A DNA stretch of 64,000 bases, taken from assembly GCA_950097015.1 (NCBI GenBank), contig CATNEN010000030.1, positions 2,294,001-2,358,000 on the forward strand, in the 5' to 3' direction. Position numbers and translations under genes: made by a program. Origin of the DNA: Macrostomum hystrix. Taxonomy: Eukaryota; Animalia; Platyhelminthes. Under the pieces are notes generated by a model. The model was given only the letters and a program-made list of their open reading frames with translations, did no database searches and had not been told where the DNA came from. This document shows positions 23,530 through 35,123 of this stretch, piece by piece. Numbering within the stretch: the first letter of the stretch is position 1; each line of letters opens with the position of its first letter.

Positions 23530-24545
23530 TTCAGTCTGTAGTGTGCTGCCCACCTGCAGTTACAGTAGCTTCAGTTCAGTCTGTAGTGTGCTGCCAACCC
23601 TGCAGTTACAGTAGCTTCAGTTCAGTCTGTAGTGTGCTGCCCACCTGCAGTTACAGTAGCTTCAGTTCAGTCTGTAGTGTGCTGCCAACCCTGCAGTTAC
23701 AGTAGCTTCAGTTCAGTCTGTAGTGTGCTGCCCACCTGCAGTTACAGTTGCTTCAGTTCAGTCTGTAGTGTGCTGCCCACCTGCAGTTACAGTAGCTTCA
23801 GTTCAGTCTGTAGTGTGCTGCCCACCTGCAGTTACAGTTGCTTCAGTTCAGTCTGTAGTGTGCTGCCCACCTGCAGTTACAGTAGCTTCAGTTCAGTCTG
23901 TAGTGTGCTGCCAACCCTGCAGTTACAGTAGCTTCAGTTCAGTCTGTAGTGTGCTGCCCACCTGCAGTTACAGTAGCTTCAGTTCAGTCTGTAGTGTGCT
24001 GCCCACCTGCAGTTACAGTAGCTTCAGTTCAGTCTGTAGTGTGCTGCCCACCTGCAGTTACAGTAGCTTCAGTTCAGTCTGTAGTGTGCTGCCCACCTGC
24101 AGTTACAGTAGCTTCAGTTCAGTCTGTAGTGTGCTGCCCACCTGCAGTTACAGTAGCTTCAGTTCAGTCTGTAGTGTGCTGCCCACCTGCAGTTACAGTG
24201 GCTTCAGTTCAGTCTGTAGTGTGCTGCCCACCTGCAGTTACAGTAGCTTCAGTTCAGTCTGTAGTGTGCTGCCCACCTGCAGTTACAGTAGCTTCAGTTC
24301 AGTCTGTAGTGTGCTGCCCACCTGCAGTTACAGTAGCTTCAGTTCAGTCTGTAGTGTGCTGCCCACCTGCAGTTACAGTAGCTTCAGTTCAGTCTGTAGT
24401 GTGCTGCCCACCTGCAGTTACAGTAGCTTCAGTTCAGTCTGTAGTGTGCTGCCCACCTGCAGTTACAGTTGCTTCAGTTCAGTCTGTAGTGTGCTGCCCA
24501 CCTGCAGTTACAGTAGCTTCAGTTCAGTCTGTGCTGCCCACCTGT
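23530..24545. repeat. 45-bp tandem repeat, ~22 copies
   Basis: Unit CTTCAGTTCAGTCTGTAGTGTGCTGCCCACCTGCAGTTACAGTAG. It accounts for the CCPPAVTVASVQSVV ORFs. Confidence 0.97.
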
Positions 24546-24775
24546 AGTTTAGAATATTACTATTACTACTAGCTATTTCGGACCTGAATAACACTGTACA
24601 TGTGTGTCGCCATGGTGTTAGTTGCTGTGTGCCGTGATTGGCTGCTGAGAATCTGCTAAGTTTTAACAGTTTTATATAGCTTCAGCTGTTGCTGTCGCAA
24701 AGACCTGTCCACAATATTTCCTCATTTGGAATATCTAATAAAATTTCTTCGTCTACGGAACTTTCTCCTGCAAGC

Positions 24776-25542
24776 ATGTGGCTACTAGCCCTAGCTGCAT
24801 GCGCTGCAATGGTCAGTAGCGCCCTCTCGGGTAAGTGTACATTGAGCTGTGTACTTTTTTAACTGTCGTACTTTTAGTCTTAGTTAACGTAGACTTGCTT
24901 TGATAACCTAGCATGCCCAGTGTGGACCTCCGGCGGCTACCTAGAAGTGACTCAGTCACCGACCAGTTTGCTACAGATTCTCAGCCAGTACTCGGCGGCC
25001 TGTCGCCAACTGTCGCCGCCGTCGCCGTCCACTGTCGACTCCCAGCAGATCGTTAACTTTCAATTTGCCGTCCGCGCCGCATCCACCGCGGTTGTCGGCC
25101 TCTTCTATGGCAGTAGCGGCGTCAGCATGTTCACCTACGCCTACGAGCTGCAGCTGGGCATTGAGACCAACACCAAGTCCAGCCTGATACGTCTCAGGCT
25201 TCCTCTGGCCATTGTGTGGACCAGCTCCGACGCCGGCTTCCTGCTGACCGCTGACAGCTGGCGTTACTTCAGCCTATCCATCAATCTGGCCACGGCCAGC
25301 TTTCAACTGCGTCAGCTCGACGGAGCCAACGGCAGCGCGCTGACCATCGCCGAGTTCAACGATCCCTCCGGCCTGGCCGGGGCTGCCTACCTGGGCTTGC
25401 GGAATCTGGAGGCTGCTGTCGACTGGAAGCTCTGGTACTCGGTGCAAGGTAGGCCAGAATCTGTTGATCTGACCCACCAGTGATCGGCTTCATGGCTTCT
25501 CATTCTCTTGCTTTCTCAGCTGCCTCACATTCTACTCGGTAG
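24776..25542 (+). CDS. Secreted protein with a farnesoic acid O-methyltransferase-like (Methyltransf_FA) domain, ~204 aa
   Basis: Signal-peptide exon 24776-24830 (MWLLALAACAAMVSSALS, gtaagt donor). Exon 24912-25448 carries FQFAVRAASTAVVGL..AYELQLGIETNTKSSLIR..YFSLSIN..EFNDP..AYLGL..DWKL, resembling the family pattern F.V.A..DA...YE..IGGW.NTKS.IR..DP..W. Probable last exon 25520-25542. Both introns are phase 1. Confidence 0.7.
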
Positions 25543-25562
25543 CCTGTCACCGGAGTTGCCCA

Positions 25563-25762
25563 CAGGGCTTGTAGCCTAGTCGGACTCACGACTTAAAGGT
25601 CAGGGGTTCGATTCTCGACTCCATTGGAACAATTCGTGTCCCTTAGCAAGACGCTTAACTCTGCTTCATTTCACCCATCTGATAAATGGTTACAAGAATT
25701 AGCTGGGATAATTGACGGCGAGTGTGGCGTCCTCCCAGTCCATGGACTGAGTAACCTTACGC
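25563..25762 (+). mobile_element. SINE family 1 copy
   Basis: GGACTCACGACTTAAAGGTCAGGGGTTCGATTC head, core GTCCCTTAGCAAGACGCTTAAC...AAATGG, CCCAGTCCATGGACT. Confidence 0.85.
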
Positions 25763-25844
25763 AGCCCCTTCATTATGCTAGGTTGCCCTCTAATTGTGCT
25801 TGGTTGCCCCCTCATTATATTATGTTGCCCCTCATTCCACTCAG

Positions 25845-26085
25845 TTTCCGATCGGTTGCCCCCTCATTCCGATCGGTTGCCCCCCTCATTCCGATCGGTT
25901 GCCCCCTCATTCCGATCGGTTGCCCCCCTCATTCCGATCGGTTGCCCCCTCATTCCGATCGGTTGCCCCTCTCATTCCGATCGGTTGCCCCCCTCATTCC
26001 GATTGGTTGCCCCCTCATTCCGATCGGTTGCCCCCTCATTCCGATCGGTTGCCCCCTCATTCCGATCGGTTGCCCCCTCATTCCT
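25845..26085. repeat. 20-22-bp tandem repeat, ~11 copies
   Basis: Unit CCCC(C)TCATTCCGATCGGTTG with palindrome CCGATCGG. Confidence 0.95.
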
Positions 26086-26811
26086 CATTTTGTTCGGCCG
26101 CGAAACGGACTGTGACCGCGACACGCGGCAAAATATCTACCCCAGCTAATGCTGGTAACTGCTTTACAGCTAAGTGACCCGAAGCAAATGGAAATAAATT
26201 ATCTTGCTTAATAACAAAAATTGTTTTCTGTGACTGAAATCAAAGAAATCAACTGTTGAGATGGAACAGTTCATACGAGCGTAGTTCATAAAATCATATC
26301 TGATTTTAGTACATTTCCTCCGTACTTGGCTATAAATGTGATTAGTGTTTGCTCTAGCATGTTTGTCAAGTCTGACTTAAACTTAGCTTAAATCTGAATA
26401 GGACCTTACCCATCATGTCATCACTAACCATCTGTTCAAGCACTTAACACAGTCTCATAAAACCCTGTTACTGGATTTCGTCAAGCGAGTGACAGAATTT
26501 GTCATTTTTTAAGGCGCTGTACTGAAGACTAATTGGCAATTGCTCAGGTTTGTTATAAGGTGAGTTTTTAAGTATTCTGCACTCCAACTTTTATTAGTAA
26601 GAATTATGTGGCCAAATCAAAGAACGACTTAAACTTAGCATCTTTTCTGTTTTTGCCATTGTTATAAACTTATTGCTTGAATTCTGCTTTCCAATTGTAA
26701 TTATTGTAGCCCGACATAAAAATAAATGTTTGTTATTAAACTTGCTTTGAATATTTGCCACTCGTAATTGCCTTGCCTTGTTTACCTCAGAAATTGTTTG
26801 ACTGCAGCTGC

Positions 26812-28262
26812 AATTGCAACCTGTGCTTGTGTCATTCCTGTGAGTTGCAACCTGTGCTTGAGTCATTCCTGTGGGTTGCAACCTGTGCTTGAGTCATTCC
26901 TGTGGGTTGCAACCTGTGCTTGAGTCATTCCTGTGAGTTGCAACCTGTGCTTCAGTCATTCCTGTGAGTTGCAACCTGTGCTTGAGTCATTCCTGTGGGT
27001 TGCAACCTGTGCTTGAGTCATTCCTGTGAGTTGCAACCTGTGCTTGAGTCATTCCTGTGGGTTGCAACCTGTGCTTGAGTCATTCCTGTGGGTTGCAACC
27101 TGTGCTTGAGTCATTCCTGTGAGTTGCAACCTGTGCTTGAGTCATTCCTGTGGGTTGCAACCTGTGCTTGTGTCATTCCTGTGGGTTGCAACCTTTGCTT
27201 GTGTCATTCCTGTGGGTTGCAACCTGTGCTTGTGTCATTCCTGTGGGTTGCAACCTGTGCTTGTGTCATTCCTGTGGGTTGCAACCTGTGCTTGAGTCAT
27301 TCCTGTGAGTTGCAACCTGTGCTTGAGTCATTCCTGTGGGTTGCAACCTGTGCTTGAGTCATTCCTGTGAGTTGCAACCTGTGCTTGAGTCATTCCTGTG
27401 AGTTGCAACCTGTGCTTGAGTCATTCCTGTGGGTTGCAACCTGTGCTTGAGTCATTCCTGTGAGTTGCAACCTGTGCTTGAGTCATTCCTGTGGGTTGCA
27501 ACCTGTGCTTGAGTCATTCCTGTGGGTTGCAACCTGTGCTTGAGTCATTCCTGTGAGTTGCAACCTGTGCTTGAGTCATTCCTGTGGGTTGCAACCTGTG
27601 CTTGTGTCATTCCTGTGGGTTGCAACCTTTGCTTGTGTCATTCCTGTGGGTTGCAACCTGTGCTTGAGTCATTCCTGTGAGTTGCAACCTGTGCTTGAGT
27701 CATTCCTGTGGGTTGCAACCTGTGCTTGAGTCATTCCTGTGAGTTGCAACCTGTGCTTGAGTCATTCCTGTGGGTTGCAACCTGTGCTTGAGTCATTCCT
27801 GTGGGTTGCAACCTGTGCTTGAGTCATTCCTGTGAGTTGCAACCTGTGCTTGAGTCATTCCTGTGAGTTGCAACCTGTGCTTGAGTCATTCCTGTGGGTT
27901 GCAACCTGTGCTTGAGTCATTCCTGTGAGTTGCAACCTGTGCTTGAGTCATTCCTGTGGGTTGCAACCTGTGCTTGAGTCATTCCTGTGGGTTGCAACCT
28001 GTGCTTGAGTCATTCCTGTGGGTTGCAACCTGTGCTTGTGTCATTCCTGTGGGTTGCAACCTGTGCTTGTGTCATTCCTGTGGGTTGCAACCTGTGCTTG
28101 AGTCATTCCTGTGGGTTGCAACCTGTGCTTGTGTCATTCCTGTGGGTTGCGAGTGTCATTCCTGTGGGTTGCAACTGTGTCATTCCTGTGGGTTGCGAGT
28201 GTCATTCCTGTGGGTTGCGAGTGTCATTCCTGTGGGTTGCGAGTGTCATTCCTGTGGGTTCT
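26812..28262. repeat. 31-bp tandem repeat, ~43 copies, followed by a few shortened units
   Basis: Unit GCAACCTGTGCTTGAGTCATTCCTGTG(G/A)GTT; collapses to GCGAGTGTCATTCCTGTGGGTT-type units after ~28140. Confidence 0.97.
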
Positions 28263-28521
28263 TCTGAAAAAAATTATGGAAAAACCATATTCTCTATCTC
28301 AGCAACCGGGGTCAACATGCATAGCAACCAGTTATTTGCCTTTATTGTGAATGTCATCGCGGGTGTATTTAACAGGTAAACAGATGTTGCGTTGGTGGGA
28401 ACAGAAATATTTTTTCTTCCCTGAATACTTTAGGACGGCCCGAACTAATGTATATATATATGAACAAACATTTGGCCAAGGCAGCAGCACTGGATATGGT
28501 AGACAATGAATGTTCACGAAT

Positions 28522-29255
28522 CATGATAGACACAGTGTCATGATAGACACAATGTCATGATAGACACAGTGTCATGATAGACACAATGTCATGATAGACA
28601 CAGTGTCATGATAGACACAGTGTCATGATAGACACAGTGTCATGATAGACACAGTGTCATGATAGACACAATGTCATGATAGACACAGTGTCATGATAGA
28701 CACAATGTCATGATAGACACAGTGTCATGATAGACACAATGTCATGATAGACACAGTGTCATGATAGACACAGTGTCATGATAGACACAATGTCATGATA
28801 GACAGTGTCATGATAGACACAATGTCATGATAGACAGTGTCATGATAGACACAGTGTCATGATAGACACAGTGTCATGATAGACACAGTGTCATGATAGA
28901 CACAGTGTCATGATAGACACAGTGTCATGATAGACACAGTGTCATGATAGACACAATGTCATGATAGACACAGTGTCATGATAGACACAATGTCATGATA
29001 GACACAGTGTCATGATAGACACAATGTCATGATAGACACAGTGTCATGATAGACACAGTGTCATGATAGACACAATGTCATGATAGACAGTGTCATGATA
29101 GACACAGTGTCATGATAGACACAGTGTCATGATAGACACAGTGTCATGATAGACACAGTGTCATGATAGACACAGTGTCATGATAGACACAGTGTCATGA
29201 TAGACACAATGTCATGATAGACACAATGTCATGATAGACACAACATCATGTTAGT
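28522..29255. repeat. 17-bp tandem repeat, ~43 copies
   Basis: Unit ATGATAGACACA(G/A)TGTC with palindromes TCATGA and GACAC-A-GTGTC. Confidence 0.97.
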
Positions 29256-29901
29256 CACAATGTCATAACTTAGTAGACAATAAGATTGCATTGCATTATA
29301 ACATACAGAGCTTAAGATTAGGTTCAATATTTTGTTGGTACATCTATATTCGTAATCGTTTGATAAGAAACATTCGGTCATGATTGGCATTGTGATAGAA
29401 TTTTTTCAGTTTTATACAAATAGTGTCTTGTTTGTCCTCTTTGTCTTATAAAATAAATTTAATTCACATTAACACGCTTTGTCTTCACCTCCAATTGATT
29501 GCTTGGCTCGCATCCTGAATTGAGAAATCGAGTGAATTTTTAAAAAAGCTGATTATACGAGTATATAACTTGCTTGTACTCGTCCTCATGTCAAACAAAA
29601 CAGCTCTAGGTTTTTTATTTCAATGTCGCCTAACATGATCTTTTTGTTTGGAAAAAGCCTGCTTTAGCGAGAAAAATCTAGGAATTCCGTTTGATTTCAG
29701 TTGCTGAGGACTAATATTTTTTCATATATTCGTAAACAATGGAAAAGTTCTGAAGAACTTGCTTTTTTAGATCTTTCTTGTCGGAAGCTTCCTAGAAAAT
29801 CATTGCCGGTTGGCCCAGTTTTTTATAGAATTTCTTCCTTCAACTCTTAGATTTCATGTACTCGGATACAGTATATACAAATACATCATATAAAAATGCG
29901 T

Positions 29902-30093
29902 GGGCTGTAGCGTGGTTAGAGGGGCGGACTCACGTCTTTAAGGTCTAGGGTTCGATTTCCGACTACACTTGAAAAATTTGCGTCCTTTAACAAGACACTT
30001 AACACTGCTTCAGTTCACATAGCTGATAAAATGTTACCAGCATTAGCTGGTTTCATTGAGGGTGGGTGTGACGTCATCCCAGTCCATGGACTC
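29902..30093 (+). mobile_element. SINE family 1 copy
   Basis: GGGCTGTAGCGTGGTTAGAG...GGTTCGATTTCC head, core, CCCAGTCCATGGACT. Confidence 0.8.
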
Positions 30094-30169
30094 GTAAAAC
30101 TCTATGGTGATCTGTATTGGTTCAATAATAGAATATTAATTAATATAATAAAAATTATAGCCGACATAA

Positions 30170-30352
30170 CTGGCTCCTGAGCACACTCGCACACAGATAC
30201 ATCTGCCTTGACTTTCTCACCGTCAGTGTACACTCTTACTGGGCCTTGGAGGTTGGCCCCCAAGGACGTAAACTACACGACAAGCCCCCAAGCCTTCTCC
30301 TCAGCTGCTTCCAAAATGAATGTGGCCTCGCCGCGGAATCGAGCTCAGGGAG
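30170..30352 (-). mobile_element. SINE family 2 copy
   Basis: Matches 16760-16975 (CACGACAAGCCCCCAAGCCTTCTC...GCCGCGGAATCGAGCT). Confidence 0.75.
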
Positions 30353-30394
30353 CTCAGACCACAGTGCAACTCAACCCCAAAAAATCGGACATTG

Positions 30395-30619
30395 TCACAT
30401 GATAAATTTGGGTAGATTTTTGCCACCAGACACCCCGACGAGAATCGTTGAATATCTCGACGATGCCGATGTTTTGTGATTCTGGAAGTTGTTTCACCGG
30501 ATAGATTGGAAAATTTTAGTCCGTGTTCTGGACTTTCATGGCGATTGGTTGAATATTTTTAGAGATACAGAACAAAGAAAAATGAAAGTATTTGAAATAG
30601 CTGCAATGTCGTCTCACTG
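30395..30619 (+). mobile_element. Partial copy of the TTAA MITE at 35759-36130
   Basis: Shares CACCAGACACC..GAATCGTTGAATATCTCGAC..GGAAAATTTTAGTCCG..TATTTGAAATA and ends CACTG|TTAA. Confidence 0.7.
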
Positions 30620-31340
30620 TTAACCGATTCTAAAAGTTTTTATTAGAAAGCTAAATTAATATCTATACATTAGCTTGACAATGGTGACAATTGTTAGAAA
30701 GTTTCCTGCATCACTACTTTTCAAATTCAAGTTAAAAAAGCAAACTTTTTTGTTAGTTTGTTTTGGTGCGAAGTTGGCCAAAGTTAGAAATCAACCTTCT
30801 AGTATATTGTATTACTTAGAAGGACAGTGTTGCCATGCTGATATATTTATGGCAGCAAAGGACCAGACAAAACCATGTTAAACGACCACAGCATTTCCCC
30901 GGATGAGGGCTCCACTGTCACTCAAGGAAGCACTTATCCTGCAATGCGACAGGAAAACTTTCATTTGAATGTATTGTTCGTGAACTAAACATATCGAATT
31001 TCTATCTGGATAATTTTCTAGTGCGCATATGTAATATTGTTCAGTTGCAGATTTTATCAAGCTTTAATGATGGCAAACAGAAGACCAAACCCCGGATGTA
31101 GGCTAGTTTTTCTGTCACTCTAGAACTAAAGAATTCAGATAGTTCGGGTCTGTCTTGTTGCACTGTGTATTGATGCTTCTTTAGCAGCTTTAGCGTGAAT
31201 TTCTATTCAAGAGACAGATGTGTCTCTTCTTCTAATACACAACCTTCTATACTAATGTGAGTAGTACCAAAGATTAATTGCGCTCTTGCTTACGTAGACA
31301 ATCTTGTAGGTGTTAACCAAGGCAGCAATTAATCATAATA

Positions 31341-32091
31341 CGAGGGGTGTTGCAAAATATTCCGGACTAATGCTAATCCTGGTGACAATTCGTGTTTGAT
31401 TTGGCTGAAAATTTATGTCTATGGTATTCAGCCGTAGAAGACTTCCAAAAATTTTATGCAGCTTAGTCAACCACAGCATACATGAGGGCCAAAATAGGTT
31501 GCAGCCCTATGAAGCTGTTGACACGATTTTTCACAAACCAAAAGTGAGCGAAAATGAGTCGGCCGAAGAATCCATCGGAGTTCGAGTCTAAGAAAGACAG
31601 CTTCCAACGACTGCTGAACCACCCAGCCTACAGTACCGATCTCGCCGTCGCCGATTTCCACCTCTTTGGCCCAATGAAGATGCCAATGCGGGGCGAGATC
31701 TTCACAATGCGCGAGGAGGTCATCGAAGCAGCCAACAAGTCTCTACGTCAGTTCGATGCCAGCTTCTAGGTGTCTGGCTTCGACAAGCTGATTCAGCGCT
31801 ACCGTAAATGGCGAATACGTGGAGCGAGCCAGCAATCAACCTGTGGACGCATCCGGCGATAGAAGCGACAGTGACAGTGATTGGTAGCTGTAACTCGGAA
31901 ATCGTATTTCATGACTATAATAATCTAGTGTACAATCGCTTATTACTTTGGACCATCAACTCCAAACTTTCTGAAACTTGATAATATTATAAAATGCAGT
32001 TGCCTGTTCGTCTGTTTAATTTTTTTGCTGAATCAGACTAAAATTATCACCATGACGAGCATATGTCCGGAAACTTTTGCAACACCCCTCG
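31341..32091 (+). mobile_element. Internally deleted mariner element with a C-terminal transposase remnant
   Basis: TA|CGAGGGGTGTTGCAAAA ... TTTTGCAACACCCCTCG|TA. The remnant LNHPAYSTDLAVADFHLFGPMK..RGEIF..REEV (31554-31769) matches the mariner HPPYSPDLAPSDFHLF motif; an in-frame stop follows and there is no N-terminal half. Confidence 0.92.
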
Positions 32092-32139
32092 TAATACACC
32101 TATTGCGTATCACTTAGCATCATGCACCTATTGTACCAG

Positions 32140-32612
32140 ATTTTCAGCAGATTGCGTGGCGCATCTGAAGGCTGCTTACGGATGTTCAGTCCATGGACTG
32201 GGGAGACGCAACGCCACCCTCAATTGCCCCAGTTTAATATCTCGCACAATAACTAATATTACTTTCAAACATTTATTCTTGCTTTATAATTAATTTAATG
32301 TATTAATGTATATATTTCATCTGTAAATCATCATTCTATAGGCAATATAATTAATTAATTAACTCTTGTTATAATGAACAAAATGTTTCCAGAATATTTC
32401 CTCACCTAATTGGAATCAAATTCATACGAAAACATAAATTTACCACCGCCTGGCTCTTCTTATTTTTGATGAAACTCCTACACTGGTACCCATTTAAAAG
32501 CTGAGTGAACTGAGGCTATGCTTAGTTAAGTGTCTTGCTAAATATTTCCAGTGGTGGCAAGGAACGAACAATTCTGACCTTCAAGTTGTGGTTCCAACGC
32601 TCCAACCGGTAC
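32140..32612 (-). mobile_element. SINE family 1 copy split by a ~240-bp AT-rich insert
   Basis: Tail and AGTCCATGGACT at 32140-32235; core and head at 32478-32612. Confidence 0.65.
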
Positions 32613-33237
32613 GCTACAACCCCCTGTTAACTATAAAAGTGCAAATTTATCAGTATGCGTTAAAAATGAGACACCGAGATTTTCAAAACTGTCTATGGCT
32701 CGAAAATGCATTTCTTAAAACTGTGAAATCAAAACTTTGTACAGTTAAGCTAGAGCAGTTTTTTGCTCTAGTTTTGCTCTTAAAAACAAAAAACTGAATT
32801 GAGTAAACTTGTTATTTTTCTAGCGACCATTTTTAAAAGAAAACTTGTTTAAATTTCACACCTCAATCTGCATCCGGAATTATGCTGGTGAGTGATCCCT
32901 GTCTTTGAGAAGCTTGCCTAAGTTAGAGTCCATTTCACAATATTTTTGTTTATAAAAACCTTCTTTTTTATTATTCCTCTTGCATCCATTAAATTAGTGC
33001 TAGATTTCATAGCGTAGTGCTTCAGTTCACTCAACTGTAAAATGGGTACCAGTATCAGCTGAGGTTGAAATTTTGGTGTTTGTATTTCAAATCCCATAAT
33101 CATTAGCCAAGCTGTCTTTATAGGTGAGTCAAAGCGTAAGGCAGTGTTTACAAACATAGTTTAGGAATGCGGTAGATTGAGCACTATTCCATTGATGCGA
33201 ACGAGGCTCGGAGTTCTCTTCCGGTTTCGGGGTTCAA

Positions 33238-33965
33238 ATAAAAGTACACTCAATCCAGTTGTCTTTTCCGGTTTAGGGAGTGGAATAAAAGTACACTCAA
33301 TCCAGTTGTCTTTTCCGGTTTAGGGAGTGGAATAAAGTACACTCAATCCAGTTGTCTTTTCCGGTTTAGGGAGTGGAATAAAAATACACTCAATCCAGTT
33401 GTCTTTTCCGGTTTAGGGAGTGGAATAAAAGTACACTCAATCCAGTTGTCTTTTCCGGTTTAGGGAGTGGAATAAAAGTACACTCAATCCAGTTGTCTTT
33501 TCCGGTTTAGGGAGTGGAATAAAAGTACACTCAATCCAGTTGTCTTTTCCGGTTTAGGGAGTGGAATAAAAATACACTCAATCCAGTTGTCTTTTCCGGT
33601 TTAGGGAGTGGAATAAAGTACACTCAATCCAGTTGTCTTTTCCGGTTTAGGGAGTGGAATAAAAATACACTCAATCCAGTTGTCTTTTCCGGTTTAGGGA
33701 GTGGAATAAAAGTACACTCAATCCAGTTGTCTTTTCCGGTTTAGGGAGTGGAATAAAAGTACACTCAATCCAGTTGTCTTTTCCGGTTTAGGGAGTGGAA
33801 TAAAGTACACTCAATCCAGTTGTCTTTTCCGGTTTAGGGAGTGGAATAAAAGTACACTCAATCCAGTTGTCTTTTTAGGTTTCATGAGCGGAATAAAATT
33901 TCATTCAATCCTGTTATCTTTTCCGGTTTTGGGAGTGGAATAAAAATACACTCAATCCAGTTGGT
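33238..33965. repeat. 47-bp tandem repeat, ~15 copies
   Basis: Unit AAAGTACACTCAATCCAGTTGTCTTTTCCGGTTTAGGGAGTGGAATA. Confidence 0.97.
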
Positions 33966-34440
33966 TCTCGGGTTTCGGGATTGGAACGCAAACGTCAGTC
34001 TTATATGACATATTCTTAGAAAGTCCATGGTGCTTGCTGATTGTGAGATGTTTTGCATTTCAAAGCTTCCGCAAGGATCAAAATCGTATTCCGTTTTTTT
34101 GCACGAAGGAATCTTTTAAGTGCGTTGTTAAGTTATTCTTTTTAGTCTTAACTGTCTTGCGTATTGCATTGACAGGAGCAGAACATAAGTTCTCAGAAAA
34201 ATGTCGGATGAAAACACCTCTAAAAATCATAAATTAAATAGTTATGAACGCGGTCTGAAGTTCTAATCTCCGTTGGAGCCTTTTAGACGTGGTGTAATTT
34301 CGAGTTTTCGCTTGGAATGTATTACCTATGATGAAGTTTGTTGCCTAACGTAGCTAGTTTAACTGTCAAGCATCAGGGGCTGCAGCCGGAACGACGACTT
34401 ATACCGAACTGATTACTGCAGGATAAGTAATGGTCTAGAT

Positions 34441-34913
34441 CAGGTGTCGGCAACCTTATATACCCCGCGGGCTAAAGAGAGAATCTTAAAGACGACGGCG
34501 GGCCGCATGAAGAAAGGGGAGAGATCAGACAGGTGAGAGATGAGACAAGTGAGAGATGAGAAAGGTGAGAGATAAGACGGGGGAGATAAGACGCAAGAGA
34601 GATGAGACGGGGGGAGATAAGGCGCAAGAGAGATGAGACAGGCGAGAGACGAAAAATGGGAGAGATGAGACAGGGGAGAGATGAAAAAGGGGAGAGATGA
34701 GACAGGGGAGAGATGAGACTGGGGAGAGATAAGACAGGGGAGAGGTGAGACTGGGGAGAGATAAGACAGGGGAGAGGTGAGACAGGGAGAGATGAGACAG
34801 GGGAGAGATGAGATAGGGTGTACTGTAGAGTAGGTGTTAGGAGGAGCTAAGGGCCAGATTTGGGAGCTTTGAGGGCCGCATCTGGCCCGCGGGCCGGAGG
34901 TTGCCGACCCCTG
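34441..34913 (+). mobile_element. hAT (Charlie-type) MITE with an internal GAGATGAGACAGGGGA satellite
   Basis: TIR CAGGTGTCGGCAACC / GGTTGCCGACCCCTG; 8-bp TSD GTCTAGAT at 34433-34440 and 34914-34921 (NTCTAGAN is the known Charlie target preference); GGGCCGCA subterminal motifs. Confidence 0.92.
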
Positions 34914-35123
34914 GTCTAGATTCTAGTGCCTTGAATAGAATTCATACAGGAGGGCTGCATGACAGAGCGGCCGTACGGGTTCCCCAAATAGTGGGTAGAT
35001 GTTGTAAAATCGACTTATTACTTTGTTAAAAAAAACATTGAAGAGCATAACGCAGAAAGTTTAACGACTGCAGAAAATAATTCCTTTCTCTTAGCGCGAA
35101 TTCAATGTTGCGTTTCACAGAAT

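Noticed and set aside
23632-24572. Cys-rich repeat ORFs resembling keratin-associated or metallothionein-like proteins
   Set aside because: They are produced by the 45-bp array; the starts are GTG codons inside units, with no signal peptide or gene context.
29450-29870. Decayed coding-like AT-rich tract on the minus strand
   Set aside because: Multiple stops and no identifiable domain; it cannot be told apart from random AT-rich DNA by eye.
34328-34412. Box C/D snoRNA candidate
   Set aside because: The boxes are present at a plausible spacing, but there is no convincing stem or guide; such pairs are expected by chance in 64 kb.
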